A stretch of DNA of 64,000 bases from an uncultured Acidobacteriota bacterium (GCA_902826065.1 CADEDM010000006.1:836-64835), one strand, 5' to 3'; positions 1 through 9,549 are shown, counted from the stretch's first letter. Numbers and translations: made by a program. Notes: generated by a model from the sequence alone, not told the origin.

Positions 1-88
1 GTACGGATGAGGCTGCGTGCCCGTCTCCATCGGGGCTGGCATTGCGCCCGTGACGGGCGCATGATGAATCCAGAAAGCGAGGGACCGC

Positions 89-241
89 ATGCCCGAGCCC
101 ACGTCAGAGCCGCGCGCCAAGTGCGCGCATCCGAGCTGTGACTGTTCCGTGCCCGCGGGACAGAAGTACTGCAGCGACTACTGCAAGAAGGCGCCCGAGA
201 CCGAACTGCACTGCAACTGCATGCACCCCGGCTGCCGGTGA
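89..241 (+). CDS. small Cys/His-rich metal-binding protein, SmtA/BmtA-like bacterial metallothionein candidate (50 aa, absent from the supplied ORF track)
   Basis: Hand translation: MPEPTSEPRAKCAHPSCDCSVPAGQKYCSDYCKKAPETELHCNCMHPGCR*. It has 8 Cys and 3 His, spaced KCAxxxCxCxV ... YCSxxC ... CNCxHxGC as in cyanobacterial SmtA. GAGGGA lies 4 nt upstream of the ATG. Nearly all third codon positions are G/C. Confidence 0.6.
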   Translation: MPEPTSEPRAKCAHPSCDCSVPAGQKYCSDYCKKAPETELHCNCMHPGCR

Positions 242-470
242 CCCGTGAGCGTCCGGTGGTGTGGCCCGGGGCCCTGGCCAGGCTTCCGGCACTGCCGGTG
301 TGTCCGTGCATACGGTTGAGACGGTGACACTGTCGTTCTTGCCACGAGTGCGGACCTGATGGCGCACTCGAGGCACGTTCCGGCGCGAATGTAGGTCGCG
401 CCTTCCATAGTGACGGTGGCGACGGCCTTGCACCGCCACGATGGGCGCGAGCTTGCGCCAGGAGGTTGGC

Positions 471-1319
471 ATGCGTGTTCGTGTCCTGTTCGCAATCGCA
501 TCGGTGATCCTCGGTGCGGCCTGTTCCGGCGAGACCCCCGCGACGCCGCCGGCAGCCACGACGCCGGCGACACCGGGTACCGCCGCGGCGCCAGCCCCCG
601 CGGCCGCTCCGGCGGCTGCGCCCGACGTCGCCGCGCCCGTGACGTCGCCCGTGACGTCGACGTCGTCCGCCCCGGCGTCGGTCGCGGCGCCACGCCCGAC
701 GCCCGCCGCCACGTCATCGACGGAGGCACCTGCTTCGACGGCACCGGTGGCGACCCCGCCTGCCGCGGCGCCGGCCGCGCCGCCTGCACCCGAGTACCGC
801 GAGATCACGATTCCCACGGGGACACGTCTGTCGATCGAACTCCGCACCAGTCACGCGTCGAACACGAGTCGCGTCGAGGAATCCGTGCACGGCGTGCTGC
901 GCCGCGCCGTCACGGTCGACGGCGAGGAGCTGGTGCCCGCCGGCACCGGCGTCTCCGGGGCGGTCATCGAGGCCGCGGAGGCGGGACGCGTGAAGGGCCG
1001 CGCGCGCCTGGCCGTGCGCTTCACATCGATCGCCATCGACGAGGGCACGACGCGCATCTCGACCGATGCCATCGCCCGCGAAGCGGCCGGCACCAAGAAG
1101 GAAGACGCCACCAAGATCGGGATCGGCGCCGGCGCCGGGGCCGTGATCGGCGCGATCACCGGCGGGAAGAAGGGTGCCGTCGTCGGCGGCACGATCGGCG
1201 CGGGCGCCGGCACCGGCGTGGTGCTGGCGACGCGCGGTGACGAAGTGTCGCTCGACGCCGGGACGCTCGTGACCACGCAGTTGCGCGAGCCGCTGGTCGT
1301 GCGTCACCGCGTGCGCTGA
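471..1319 (+). CDS. secreted/lipoprotein-like protein with Ala/Pro-rich linker and C-terminal glycine-zipper segment
   Basis: GGAGG lies 5 nt before the ATG at 471. Signal peptide is MRVRVLFAIASVILGAAC. There is a long A/P/T low-complexity tract. Gly-zipper: GIGAGAGAVIGAITGGKKGAVVGGTIGAGAGTGVV. The ORF-track start at 441 is probably too far upstream. Confidence 0.7.
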   Translation: MRVRVLFAIASVILGAACSGETPATPPAATTPATPGTAAAPAPAAAPAAAPDVAAPVTSPVTSTSSAPASVAAPRPTPAATSSTEAPASTAPVATPPAAAPAAPPAPEYREITIPTGTRLSIELRTSHASNTSRVEESVHGVLRRAVTVDGEELVPAGTGVSGAVIEAAEAGRVKGRARLAVRFTSIAIDEGTTRISTDAIAREAAGTKKEDATKIGIGAGAGAVIGAITGGKKGAVVGGTIGAGAGTGVVLATRGDEVSLDAGTLVTTQLREPLVVRHRVR

Positions 1320-1512
1320 CTGACACGGTTGTCAGGTTCAATCCCGGGGACCGGCGTCGCCGCGACGCCTGCCCTCGGGCCGCCAGCCCCGGCGCGGCGT
1401 CTGCCGCTCGCCGTTTCTCCCGACAGCTCAATGAGTTCGCGCCGGTAACCGCCCGTTGCCGCGGCGCCGCCGCGCGCCCGTGTCACCACGCCCCGGCCGC
1501 CGGCGTCCAACC

Positions 1513-1552
1513 GACTGACCAGTCAGTACGGTAGAATGACTGGTCAGTCAGT
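1513..1552. promoter_or_regulatory. putative autoregulated promoter/operator of the TetR efflux operon
   Basis: Inverted repeat CTGACCAGTCA (1515-1525) / TGACTGGTCAG (1537-1547) flanks a TAGAAT -10-like hexamer (1532-1537) in otherwise GC-rich DNA. Confidence 0.5.
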
Positions 1553-2216
1553 GACCGCGATGCCAGCCCGCACCCCGACGCCTGCCGCCACCACCCGCGA
1601 AGACGTCCTCACCGCCTTCCGCCGCGATTCGCTGCTCGCCGCGGCCCGCCGTGTCTTCGGCGCCCGCGGCTTCGACGAGGCCACCGTCGACGCCATCGCC
1701 GCCGAGGCGCAGGTGGCCAAGGGCACGGTCTACCTGTATTTCCCGTCGAAGCTCGCGATCTACGAGGCGGCGTTCTCGTCCGGACTCGACGAGTTGACGA
1801 GACGCACCGATGCCCGCGTGCGCGAGGCCGCCACGCCGCGCGAGGCGATCCACGCCTTCATCGACGAGCGCGTCCAGTACTTCCAGGCGCATCCCGACTA
1901 CTTCAAGCTCTATGTCGTCGAGGTGGGCCGTCAGCTCACCGATCGCACGCCGCGCAAGAGCGGCTGCCGCGACGCCTTCGGCGCGCACACCCGAGTACTG
2001 CGCGACGTCCTCGCCCGCGCGGTCGCCAGCGGCGCCCTGCGCGACGTCGATCCGGCCGCGGCGGCGATGGCGGTGTTCGACATCACCCGTGGCCTCGTGG
2101 CGCGCCGGGTGCTGTCGCGGGCGCGTTCGGACGCCGCCGCCGAAGTGGCCTTTCTGACCGACCTCATGTGGACGGGGCTGTCGCCCACGTCCGTTCCCGC
2201 GGGATCTGCGCCATGA
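1536..2216 (+). CDS. TetR/AcrR family transcriptional repressor
   Basis: N-terminal HTH: FDEATVDAIAAEAQVAKGTVYLYFPSKLAIYEAAF. Its stop overlaps the next gene in ATGA. The true start may be GTG 1551 or ATG 1560, because ATG 1536 sits inside the -10-like box. Confidence 0.85.
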   Translation: MTGQSVTAMPARTPTPAATTREDVLTAFRRDSLLAAARRVFGARGFDEATVDAIAAEAQVAKGTVYLYFPSKLAIYEAAFSSGLDELTRRTDARVREAATPREAIHAFIDERVQYFQAHPDYFKLYVVEVGRQLTDRTPRKSGCRDAFGAHTRVLRDVLARAVASGALRDVDPAAAAMAVFDITRGLVARRVLSRARSDAAAEVAFLTDLMWTGLSPTSVPAGSAP

Positions 2217-3604
2217 CTCATCGACTCACCGGGCCGCTCACCGCCGCGCTTCTCGCGATGGCGACGGCCGCGTTCGCTCAGAGCGAGACTGGCGCGACGC
2301 TGCCGGCGCCGTTCCGCGGCAGCGTGCCGCAGGGGCAGGCCACGGCCACGCCTCTGCCGCTCGGCATGCGCGAGACGATGGACCGCGCCCTGCAGTTCAA
2401 TCTCGGGCTGTTGCTGCAGGAAGAAGCAGCCGGCGCGGCGCACGGGGCGCGCTGGCGCGCGCTCTCGGACCTGCTGCCGCGCGTGTCGGGGACGATGACC
2501 GCCCGCCGGCAGGTCATCAACCTCGAGGCCTTCGGTTTTCCCGCCCCGGATCCGATCGTCGGCCCGTTCAACACCGTCGACGCGCGCATCGGCGTGTCGC
2601 AGCCGGTGATCGATCTGCGCGCGCTGCATGACGCACGGGCGGCGAGCTACACCGAGCGCGCTGCGACCGCCGGCGTGAAGTCGGCCCGCGAACTGGTGGT
2701 CCTGGTCTCCGTGAACCTGTATCTCGAGGCCGTGACGGCGGCCAGCCGCGTCGAGGTGGTCAAGGCGCAGCAGGAGACCGCCGCGGCCCTGGCGTCGCAG
2801 GCGCGCGATCTCAAGGCGTCGGGGCTGGTGGCCGGCATCGACGTCGTGCGCGCCGATGTCGAGGTGCAGCGATTGCGGCAGCGTCGCGTGGCGGCCGACA
2901 ACGCCTCGGCGCGAGCGCTGCTGCACCTGGGGCGCGCCATCGGCCTGCCGCCCGGTCAGGCGATCACGCTCACGGACGCGATGCCCTACGCGCCGCTCGC
3001 CGGCCTGTCGGTCGACCAGGCGATCGCCGACGCCTACGCCCATCGGCCGGACTACGAGGCCGCCAAGGATCGCGTGTCGGCCGCCGAGGCGGCGGCCCGC
3101 GGCGCAACGGCGGAACTGCTGCCGACACTCAGGTTCGACGCCGACTACGGCACCATCGGCCAGACCTGGGGCACGGCGCATCCGACCTACGCCATCGCCG
3201 CCACCGTGCGGGTGCCGATCTTCGAAGGGGGCCGCGCGCAGGCCCGCCGCATGGAGACCACTGCGGCGCTGCGGCAGCGGCGGGCCGAGCTCGACGACCT
3301 GAAGGGCCGCATCGATCTCGAGGTGCGCGAGGCGTTCCTCGACGTCGGCGCTGCCACCGAGGAGCTCGAGGCGGCGGATGCCACCGTGGCGCTCGCCACG
3401 CAGGCGCTCGAACAGTCCCGCGATCGCTTCGCGGCCGGCGTCACCAACAACCTGGAAGTCACCGAGGCGCAGGAGGCGATGGCCGAGGCCGCCGACGCCC
3501 GACTCGACGTGCTCTATCGGCACAACCTGGCGAAGGCCGCGCTGGCGCGGGCCGTCGGCACGGCGGAACAGGCCGTGACGACCTATCTCGGAGGGAACAA
3601 GTAA
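2213..3604 (+). CDS. TolC-family outer membrane efflux protein
   Basis: Signal peptide MTHRLTGPLTAALLAMATAAFAQ, then two OEP-type repeats with coiled Ala/Leu/Glu-rich helices. It sits in an operon with HlyD and MFS genes and has an ATGA overlap with the TetR stop. Confidence 0.85.
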   Translation: MTHRLTGPLTAALLAMATAAFAQSETGATLPAPFRGSVPQGQATATPLPLGMRETMDRALQFNLGLLLQEEAAGAAHGARWRALSDLLPRVSGTMTARRQVINLEAFGFPAPDPIVGPFNTVDARIGVSQPVIDLRALHDARAASYTERAATAGVKSARELVVLVSVNLYLEAVTAASRVEVVKAQQETAAALASQARDLKASGLVAGIDVVRADVEVQRLRQRRVAADNASARALLHLGRAIGLPPGQAITLTDAMPYAPLAGLSVDQAIADAYAHRPDYEAAKDRVSAAEAAARGATAELLPTLRFDADYGTIGQTWGTAHPTYAIAATVRVPIFEGGRAQARRMETTAALRQRRAELDDLKGRIDLEVREAFLDVGAATEELEAADATVALATQALEQSRDRFAAGVTNNLEVTEAQEAMAEAADARLDVLYRHNLAKAALARAVGTAEQAVTTYLGGNK

Positions 3605-4827
3605 TGGCTCTCGACGTTCGATCCTCGCGCGGCGTCGCGCGCTGGGTCGTGCTGGCTGCGGTCGTCATCGCGGTCGTGGCCGGCACGGTGGTATGGGCGC
3701 GCTCGGGCGCCGAGCGGACGGATGACGCGCAGATCGAGGGCCGCATCACGCCCATCGTCGCGCGCGTCGGCGGCACGATCATCACGATCGGCGTCACCGA
3801 CAACCAGTTCGTCGACGCCGGCACGGTGCTGTTCGAGATCGACCCGAAGGACTACGAGGTCGCCCTCGCCAAGGCCGAGGCCGAGCTGGCAGACGCCCAG
3901 GCCACGGCCCAGGCCGCCGGTACCGACGTGCCGATCGCGACGGTCACGGTCTCGAGCGACGTCCGCACGGCCGAGAGCGGCCTGACGGAGGCGCAGGCAG
4001 CGATTGCCGTCGCCGAGCGTCAGGTCGAGGCCGCTCACGCGCAGCGCTCGGCGGCCACGGCCCGCGAGCGGGAGCGCCAGGCGTCGGCCGCCAAGGCGGC
4101 GAAGGACGTCGAGCGTCTGAAGCCGCTCGTCGCCAAGGAGGAAGTGGCGCAGCAGCAGTACGACGCCGCCGTCGCCGCCGCCGATGCAGCGACCGCGGCC
4201 GTCGACGCCGCGAAGGCGGACGTCGCCGCCGAGATCAGTGCCGTCGCCGTGGCCGAGCAGCGGGCGGTGCAGGCGAAGTCGGCGGCGACGCGCGCCACTG
4301 CGGCCCTCGACGAGGCCCGTACGGCGCCCGAGCAGTTGCAGGGCACGCGGGCGCGCGCACTGGCCGCCGCGGCCCGCGTGAAGCAGGCCGAAGCCGCCGT
4401 GGCCCAGGCCCGGCTCGCGCTCGAGCGCACGGTGGTGAAGGCGCCGTCGGCCGGGGTGATCGGCCGCCGGGCGGTCGAAGTGGGGCAGAGCGTGCAGGCG
4501 TCGCAGCCGGCGATGGCGCTGGTGTCGCGAGACGACGTCTGGGTCGTGGCCAACTACAAGGAGACGCAGCTGGTCGACGTCGTGCCGGGGCAGGCTGCCA
4601 GCGTCGAGGTCGACGCCCTCGACGGCCGCGTGTTCACCGGCAAGGTCGACAGCATCGGCGCCGCCACCGGCGCCAAGTTCAGCCTGTTGCCGCCCGACAA
4701 CAGCACCGGCAACTTCGTGAAGGTGGTGCAGCGCGTGCCGGTGAAGATCCACCTCGACACCGGCCAGGACGCCGAGCACCGGCTGCGCCCGGGCCTGTCG
4801 GTCTTCGCCACCATCCGCACCCGCTAG
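3604..4827 (+). CDS. HlyD/EmrA-family membrane fusion (periplasmic adaptor) protein
   Basis: Single N-terminal TM, a biotinyl-lipoyl-like motif (ITPIVARVGGTIITIGV), a long Ala-rich coiled coil, and C-terminal VPVKIHLD. TAATG overlap with the tolC-like gene. Confidence 0.85.
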   Translation: MALDVRSSRGVARWVVLAAVVIAVVAGTVVWARSGAERTDDAQIEGRITPIVARVGGTIITIGVTDNQFVDAGTVLFEIDPKDYEVALAKAEAELADAQATAQAAGTDVPIATVTVSSDVRTAESGLTEAQAAIAVAERQVEAAHAQRSAATARERERQASAAKAAKDVERLKPLVAKEEVAQQQYDAAVAAADAATAAVDAAKADVAAEISAVAVAEQRAVQAKSAATRATAALDEARTAPEQLQGTRARALAAAARVKQAEAAVAQARLALERTVVKAPSAGVIGRRAVEVGQSVQASQPAMALVSRDDVWVVANYKETQLVDVVPGQAASVEVDALDGRVFTGKVDSIGAATGAKFSLLPPDNSTGNFVKVVQRVPVKIHLDTGQDAEHRLRPGLSVFATIRTR

Positions 4828-4833
4828 GACGTC

Positions 4834-6396
4834 GTGATGGACGCTCCGGCGCAACGCGTCGTCAATCCGTGGATCGTCGCGATCGCGGTCATGTTCGCGA
4901 CCTTCATGGAGGTGCTGGACACGACCGTGGTCAACGTGTCGCTGCCGCACATCGCCGGCAACCTCTCGGCGACGATCGACGAGTCGACCTGGGTGCTGAC
5001 CTCGTACCTCGTGGCCAACGCCATCGTGCTGCCGCTCACCGGCTGGCTGGCGTCCTACTTCGGACGCAAGCGGCTGCTGATGACGTCAGTGGCAGGCTTC
5101 ACGCTGTCGTCGCTGCTGTGCGGCCTGGCGCCGAACCTCGAATTGCTCGTGCTGTTCCGGCTGCTGCAGGGCTTCACCGGCGGCGCCATGCAGCCGCTGT
5201 CGCAGGCGGTGCTGCTCGAGGCGTTCCCGCCGGCCGAACGTGGCAAGGCGATGGGCTTCTGGGGCCTCGGCATCGTGGTGGCGCCGATCCTCGGCCCGGT
5301 GCTCGGCGGCTGGCTCACCGACACCTACAGCTGGCGCTGGGTCTTCTACATCAACCTGCCGGTCGGCCTGGCGTCGCTGGTGATGTCGTACCTGTTCATC
5401 TTCGACCCGCCGTACCTGCGGCGCGAGACCACCCGGATCGACTACTGGGGCATCGGCCTGCTGGCGCTGTGGGTGGGCACGCTGCAGCTGGCGCTCGATC
5501 TCGGCCAGCAGCGGGACTGGTTCTCGTCGCCGCTCATCACCACGCTGGTCGTGCTCTCGGGCGGCGGGCTGATCGCCTTCCTGGCGCGTGAGTGGCTGGC
5601 GAAGGAGCCGGTGATCGACCTGCGGGTGTTCAAGATCAGGAGCTATGCGACCGGCGTGTTCCTGATGACGACGCTCGGCTTCGTGCTCTATGGCAGCCTG
5701 GTGCTGCTGCCGATCATGCTGCAGACGCTGCTCGGCTATCCGTCGCTGCAGGCCGGGATTGCGATGGCGCCGCGCGGCATGGGCTCGCTCATCGGCATGC
5801 CGGTCGTCGGCATGATCGTGGGCAAGGTCGACGCCCGCAAGATGGTGGCGCTGGGGCTCGCCGTCGGCGCCGGGACGCTCTTCTGGCTCGGACAACTGAA
5901 CCTGAACGCCGGGTACTGGGACATCTTCTTCCCGCAGTTCGTCCAGGGCATCGGGTTGTCGCTGATCTTCGTGCCGCTCACCACCATCGCGATGGACCCG
6001 ATTCCGCGCGAGCGCATGGGCAACGCCACCAGTCTCTTCAGCCTGATGCGCAACCTCGGCGGCAGCATCGGGATCGCCGTCACCGGCACCCTGCTGACCC
6101 GCAAGCAGCACGCGTTCGGCCAGGTCCTGGGGGAGCACGTCACGCCGTACTCGGAGACGGCACGCACGACCTTCGAGGCGCTCCGCAACGGGTTCATGGC
6201 CAGCGGCACCGACGTCGTGACCGCGACGCAGAAGGCCTACGCGTCAATGGCCGGGCTGATTCAGCGGCAGGCGGCGATGGTGTCATTCGTCGAGGTGTTC
6301 CGGCTGCTCGGCGTGGTGTTCCTGCTGATGCTGCCGCTGGTGTTGCTGATGCGCCGGCCATCGGGCGGCCAGGGCGCGGCCGGCGCCGCGCACTGA
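4834..6396 (+). CDS. MFS drug:H+ antiporter, DHA2 (EmrB/QacA) family, 14-TM type
   Basis: Typical EmrB N-terminus NPWIVAIAVMFATFMEVLDTTVVNVSLPHIAG. Motif LPLTGWLASYFGRKR. Highly hydrophobic throughout. Begins with GTG-ATG. Confidence 0.9.
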   Translation: MMDAPAQRVVNPWIVAIAVMFATFMEVLDTTVVNVSLPHIAGNLSATIDESTWVLTSYLVANAIVLPLTGWLASYFGRKRLLMTSVAGFTLSSLLCGLAPNLELLVLFRLLQGFTGGAMQPLSQAVLLEAFPPAERGKAMGFWGLGIVVAPILGPVLGGWLTDTYSWRWVFYINLPVGLASLVMSYLFIFDPPYLRRETTRIDYWGIGLLALWVGTLQLALDLGQQRDWFSSPLITTLVVLSGGGLIAFLAREWLAKEPVIDLRVFKIRSYATGVFLMTTLGFVLYGSLVLLPIMLQTLLGYPSLQAGIAMAPRGMGSLIGMPVVGMIVGKVDARKMVALGLAVGAGTLFWLGQLNLNAGYWDIFFPQFVQGIGLSLIFVPLTTIAMDPIPRERMGNATSLFSLMRNLGGSIGIAVTGTLLTRKQHAFGQVLGEHVTPYSETARTTFEALRNGFMASGTDVVTATQKAYASMAGLIQRQAAMVSFVEVFRLLGVVFLLMLPLVLLMRRPSGGQGAAGAAH

Positions 6397-6464
6397 CGCC
6401 GGTCGGATTCCCTGTATTCTGGAAGCCGGCGGGCGCGCCCGGGGCGCCGGCCGTACGCCTTCAC

Positions 6465-8069
6465 GTGTCCACCCACCGCTCCGTGCCGCATTGGGCCGTG
6501 CTCGTCCTCGCGCTCGCCCTGCTGAACGCGGCGCTCACGATCGTCAACATCTGGCCCACGCCGTTCGTCCGCCTGAGCGGCGACGTGTCGCTCGAACTGG
6601 CGCTGGTGGCCGCGTTCCTGGCCCTGGTGTGGCGGGCGATCATGCCGCGGCGCGTGGCCGCGGTCCGGGTGCTGGCCGTGGCCTGGGTGGCCCTGCTCGT
6701 CGGTCGCTACGCCGACGTCACCGCGCAGTCGATGTGGGGCCGCCCGATCAACCTCTACTGGGACGTGCCGCACGTCCCGTCCGTCGGCGCGATGTTCTCG
6801 GCGGTCGCGCATCCGGCGCTGATTGCCGGCGTCCTCGCCGCGCTCGTGCTCGTGCCGGTGGTCCTCTACCTGCCGTTGCGATGGGCCTGGGGCCGCGTCA
6901 TCGATGCGCTGCCGATGGCGCCCGTGCGCCACGCGCTGGTCGGCGTCGCCGTGGCCGCGACGGCGGTGGGCGCGGCGCAGCGGCTCGGCGAGCCGGTGCC
7001 GCAATGGCCCGGCGTCGCCACCCCGGTCACGCTGGTGTGGGCGCGCCAGGCCGGGCAGGTGGCCTATGAGATGTCCGGCGCCGGCGTGCGCGCGCTGGGC
7101 GAGCCGCCGACGTTCGCGTCGACGTTCTCGGCCATCCGCGGCGCCGACGTGCTGCTGCTGTTCGTCGAGTCGTACGGCGCGGTGAGCTGGGAGCGGCCGG
7201 CCTTCGCGCAGGCGCTCGCTGCTTCGCGCGCGGAACTCGACGCCGCCATCACGGACACCGGACGCGGCGTGGTCTCGACGTGGCTCGACTCGCCGACCTT
7301 CGGCGGGGAGTCGTGGCTGGCGCACATCAGCCTGCTGTCGGGCACGGAGATCCGCGACGGCGGCGCCAACCTGCGCCTGATGGCGCAGCAGCGCGACACG
7401 CTCGTGAAGGCGTTCGGTCGCGAGGGCTGGCGCACGGTGGCGGTGATGCCGGGTATCCGCGGTGCGTGGCCGCAAGGCGCCTTCTACGGCTTCGACACCA
7501 TCATCGACGCCAACGCGATGCCGTACGAGGGGCCGTCGTTCGGCTGGTGGGACGTGACCGACCAGTACTGTCTGGCGCTGGTCGACCAGCGGGAAGTGGC
7601 GCCGGCCAACCGTCCGCCGGCGTTCATCGTGTTCCCGACGCTGAGCACGCACACGCCGTTCACGCCGACGCCGCCGTATCAGCCCGACTGGTCGCGGATG
7701 CTCACGGCCACGCCGTACGACCAGGCTGCCCTCGACGAGACGTGGGGCATCCAGCCCGACTGGCTCGACATGGGCCCCGATTACGTGCGGGCGTTGAACT
7801 ACGCCACCCGCACGTTCGCCGGCTACCTGCGACAGCGCGCCGGCCACGACCTGGTGCTCATCCTCATCGGCGATCACCAACCACCCGCGCTGGTGACCGG
7901 CGAGGGTGCGCCCTGGACCGTCCCCATGCACGTCATCACCTCGCGGACGGCGCTGCTCGACCGACTGGCGGCGCGCGGCTTCACGCGCGGGCTGAGGCCC
8001 ACCGGGCCGGTGCGGTCGAAGATGCACGCGGTGGTGCCGGCGCTGCTCGAGGCGTTCGGCGACGAGTGA
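6465..8069 (+). CDS. membrane-anchored alkaline-phosphatase-superfamily transferase (LtaS/OpgB phosphoglycerol-transferase-like sulfatase fold)
   Basis: About 5 N-terminal TM helices followed by a soluble domain with VLLLFVESYG, FPTLSTHTPF and LIGDHQPP motifs. There is no in-frame ATG near the first TM, so I chose GTG 6465 (GTG 6483 is an alternative). The upstream part of track ORF 5592..8069 overlaps emrB out of frame. Confidence 0.7.
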   Translation: MSTHRSVPHWAVLVLALALLNAALTIVNIWPTPFVRLSGDVSLELALVAAFLALVWRAIMPRRVAAVRVLAVAWVALLVGRYADVTAQSMWGRPINLYWDVPHVPSVGAMFSAVAHPALIAGVLAALVLVPVVLYLPLRWAWGRVIDALPMAPVRHALVGVAVAATAVGAAQRLGEPVPQWPGVATPVTLVWARQAGQVAYEMSGAGVRALGEPPTFASTFSAIRGADVLLLFVESYGAVSWERPAFAQALAASRAELDAAITDTGRGVVSTWLDSPTFGGESWLAHISLLSGTEIRDGGANLRLMAQQRDTLVKAFGREGWRTVAVMPGIRGAWPQGAFYGFDTIIDANAMPYEGPSFGWWDVTDQYCLALVDQREVAPANRPPAFIVFPTLSTHTPFTPTPPYQPDWSRMLTATPYDQAALDETWGIQPDWLDMGPDYVRALNYATRTFAGYLRQRAGHDLVLILIGDHQPPALVTGEGAPWTVPMHVITSRTALLDRLAARGFTRGLRPTGPVRSKMHAVVPALLEAFGDE

Positions 8070-8092
8070 TGATGACGGGCCCCGGACGCTAG

Positions 8093-9547
8093 ATGCTCTT
8101 CACCGCCCCGTCGTTCCTCTTCGTGTTCCTGCCGCTGGTACTGGCGCTGCACGTGGTGCCCCACGCGGCCTGGCGCAACTGGCTGCTGCTGGCGGCGAGC
8201 GTCGTGTTCTACGCCTCGGGCGCCGGCGCCTTCACCAGCCTGATCCTGACCTCGATCGCGGTGAACTACGTGGCCGCGCTCGCCATCGACCGGCACCGCG
8301 GACGTCCGGCTGGCCGCTGGCTGCTGCGCGCCACCGTGGCCGCCAACCTCGTGGTGCTGGCGGTGTTCAAGTACGCGGGGTTCCTCGGCGCGAACCTCAA
8401 TGCCGCCCTGAACGTGGCCGGCGGCACGCCGCTGCCGGTGCCCGACATCACCCTGCCGATCGGCATCTCGTTCTTCACCTTCCACGCCATCTCGTACGTC
8501 GTCGACGTGGCGCGCGGCGACGCGGTGGCGCAGAAGGGCCCGGTGGAAGCGGCGCTCTACCTGCTCCTGTTCCCGCAGCTGATCGCCGGGCCGATCATCC
8601 GCTACCGTGAGATCGCGGGACAGCTGTCACGCCGCCTGGTCACGACGGCCGATGTGGCGCTCGGCGCGCGCCGCTTCGTCGTCGGGCTCGCCAAGAAGAC
8701 GCTGGTCGCCAATACCGTGGCGGCGCCGGCCGACCAGCTCTTCGCCCTGCCGAGTGCCGAGCTCACGGCCGCCACCGCGTGGCTCGCGGTCGTCTGCTAC
8801 ACGCTGCAGATCTACTTCGATTTCTCCGGCTACTCGGACATGGCACTCGGCCTGGGGCGGATGTTCGGCTTCCGCTTCCCCGAGAACTTCCGCTATCCGT
8901 ACGTCGCCACCTCGGTGCAGGACTTCTGGCGCCGCTGGCACCTGTCGCTGTCGGCGTGGTTCCGCGACTACCTGTACGTGCCGCTGGGTGGCAACCGCGT
9001 CGCGCCGGTGCGCGTCTACGTGAACCTGGTCACGGTGTTCGCCTTGTGCGGGCTGTGGCACGGCGCGAGCTGGACGTTCGTGGTGTGGGGGCTGTATCAC
9101 GGCACGTTCCTGGTGCTGGAGCGCCTGGCGAGCCACGATCGGGCAGCGACGACGCCCGGCCCTCTGCGGATGGCCACGGGCCATGTCTACGCGCTCGTGG
9201 TCGTGATGGTCGGCTGGGTGTTCTTCCGCGCCGACTCGCTGGCCGGTGCGTTCGGCGTGCTCGCGGCGATGAGCGGGCTCGGCGGCGCCGTGCCGGCGCG
9301 GTTCGATGTGTGGTGGTACCTCACGCCCGAGGTCGCGCTGGCCATCGTGGCCGGCGCCATCGGCGCGATGCCGGTGGCGCCGCTGCTCGCGTCGCGACTC
9401 GCGCCGGCGTCGACGCCCGACCGGCCGGCGACGATGGGCGCACTGGCGTCGGCGGGGACCGTGGCGGTGGTCGGCGTGCTGCTGGTGGCCTCGCTGCTCC
9501 TGAGCGCGGCGGGCACCTACAGCCCGTTCATCTATTTCCGCTTCTGA
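8093..9547 (+). CDS. MBOAT-family membrane O-acyltransferase (AlgI/DltB-like)
   Basis: MLFTAPSFLFVFLPLV start, FFTFHAISYVVDV with the conserved His, and WRRWHLSLSAWFRDYLYVPLGGNR. Confidence 0.9.
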   Translation: MLFTAPSFLFVFLPLVLALHVVPHAAWRNWLLLAASVVFYASGAGAFTSLILTSIAVNYVAALAIDRHRGRPAGRWLLRATVAANLVVLAVFKYAGFLGANLNAALNVAGGTPLPVPDITLPIGISFFTFHAISYVVDVARGDAVAQKGPVEAALYLLLFPQLIAGPIIRYREIAGQLSRRLVTTADVALGARRFVVGLAKKTLVANTVAAPADQLFALPSAELTAATAWLAVVCYTLQIYFDFSGYSDMALGLGRMFGFRFPENFRYPYVATSVQDFWRRWHLSLSAWFRDYLYVPLGGNRVAPVRVYVNLVTVFALCGLWHGASWTFVVWGLYHGTFLVLERLASHDRAATTPGPLRMATGHVYALVVVMVGWVFFRADSLAGAFGVLAAMSGLGGAVPARFDVWWYLTPEVALAIVAGAIGAMPVAPLLASRLAPASTPDRPATMGALASAGTVAVVGVLLVASLLLSAAGTYSPFIYFRF

Positions 9548-9549
9548 CC

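Noticed and set aside
44-60. Hairpin GCGCCCG-tga-CGGGCGC near the window start, and similar tail-less hairpins at 1320-1335, 30759-30783 and 31746-31761.
   Set aside because: The stems are short with no U-tract, and such GC palindromes arise easily in this composition. They are possibly terminators, but the evidence is not strong enough to call them.
1931-3523. 530-aa minus-strand ORF antisense to the TetR/TolC genes. The same applies to 3583..4950 (-), 5086..6138 (-) and 6261..8027 (-).
   Set aside because: The translations are Arg/Gly/Ala/Pro/His-rich with no motifs. They lie opposite genes with clear family signatures. These are typical shadow ORFs of high-GC DNA, where stop codons are rare in all frames.
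5592-6464. N-terminal extensions of track ORFs that cross the preceding gene (5592..6464, 8779..9549, 33985..35538, 28361..28570, 43079..43234, 49486..49740).
   Set aside because: These segments overlap upstream genes out of frame and are Arg/Pro-rich. Internal starts with signal peptides and/or RBSs or stop-start overlaps give sensible proteins.
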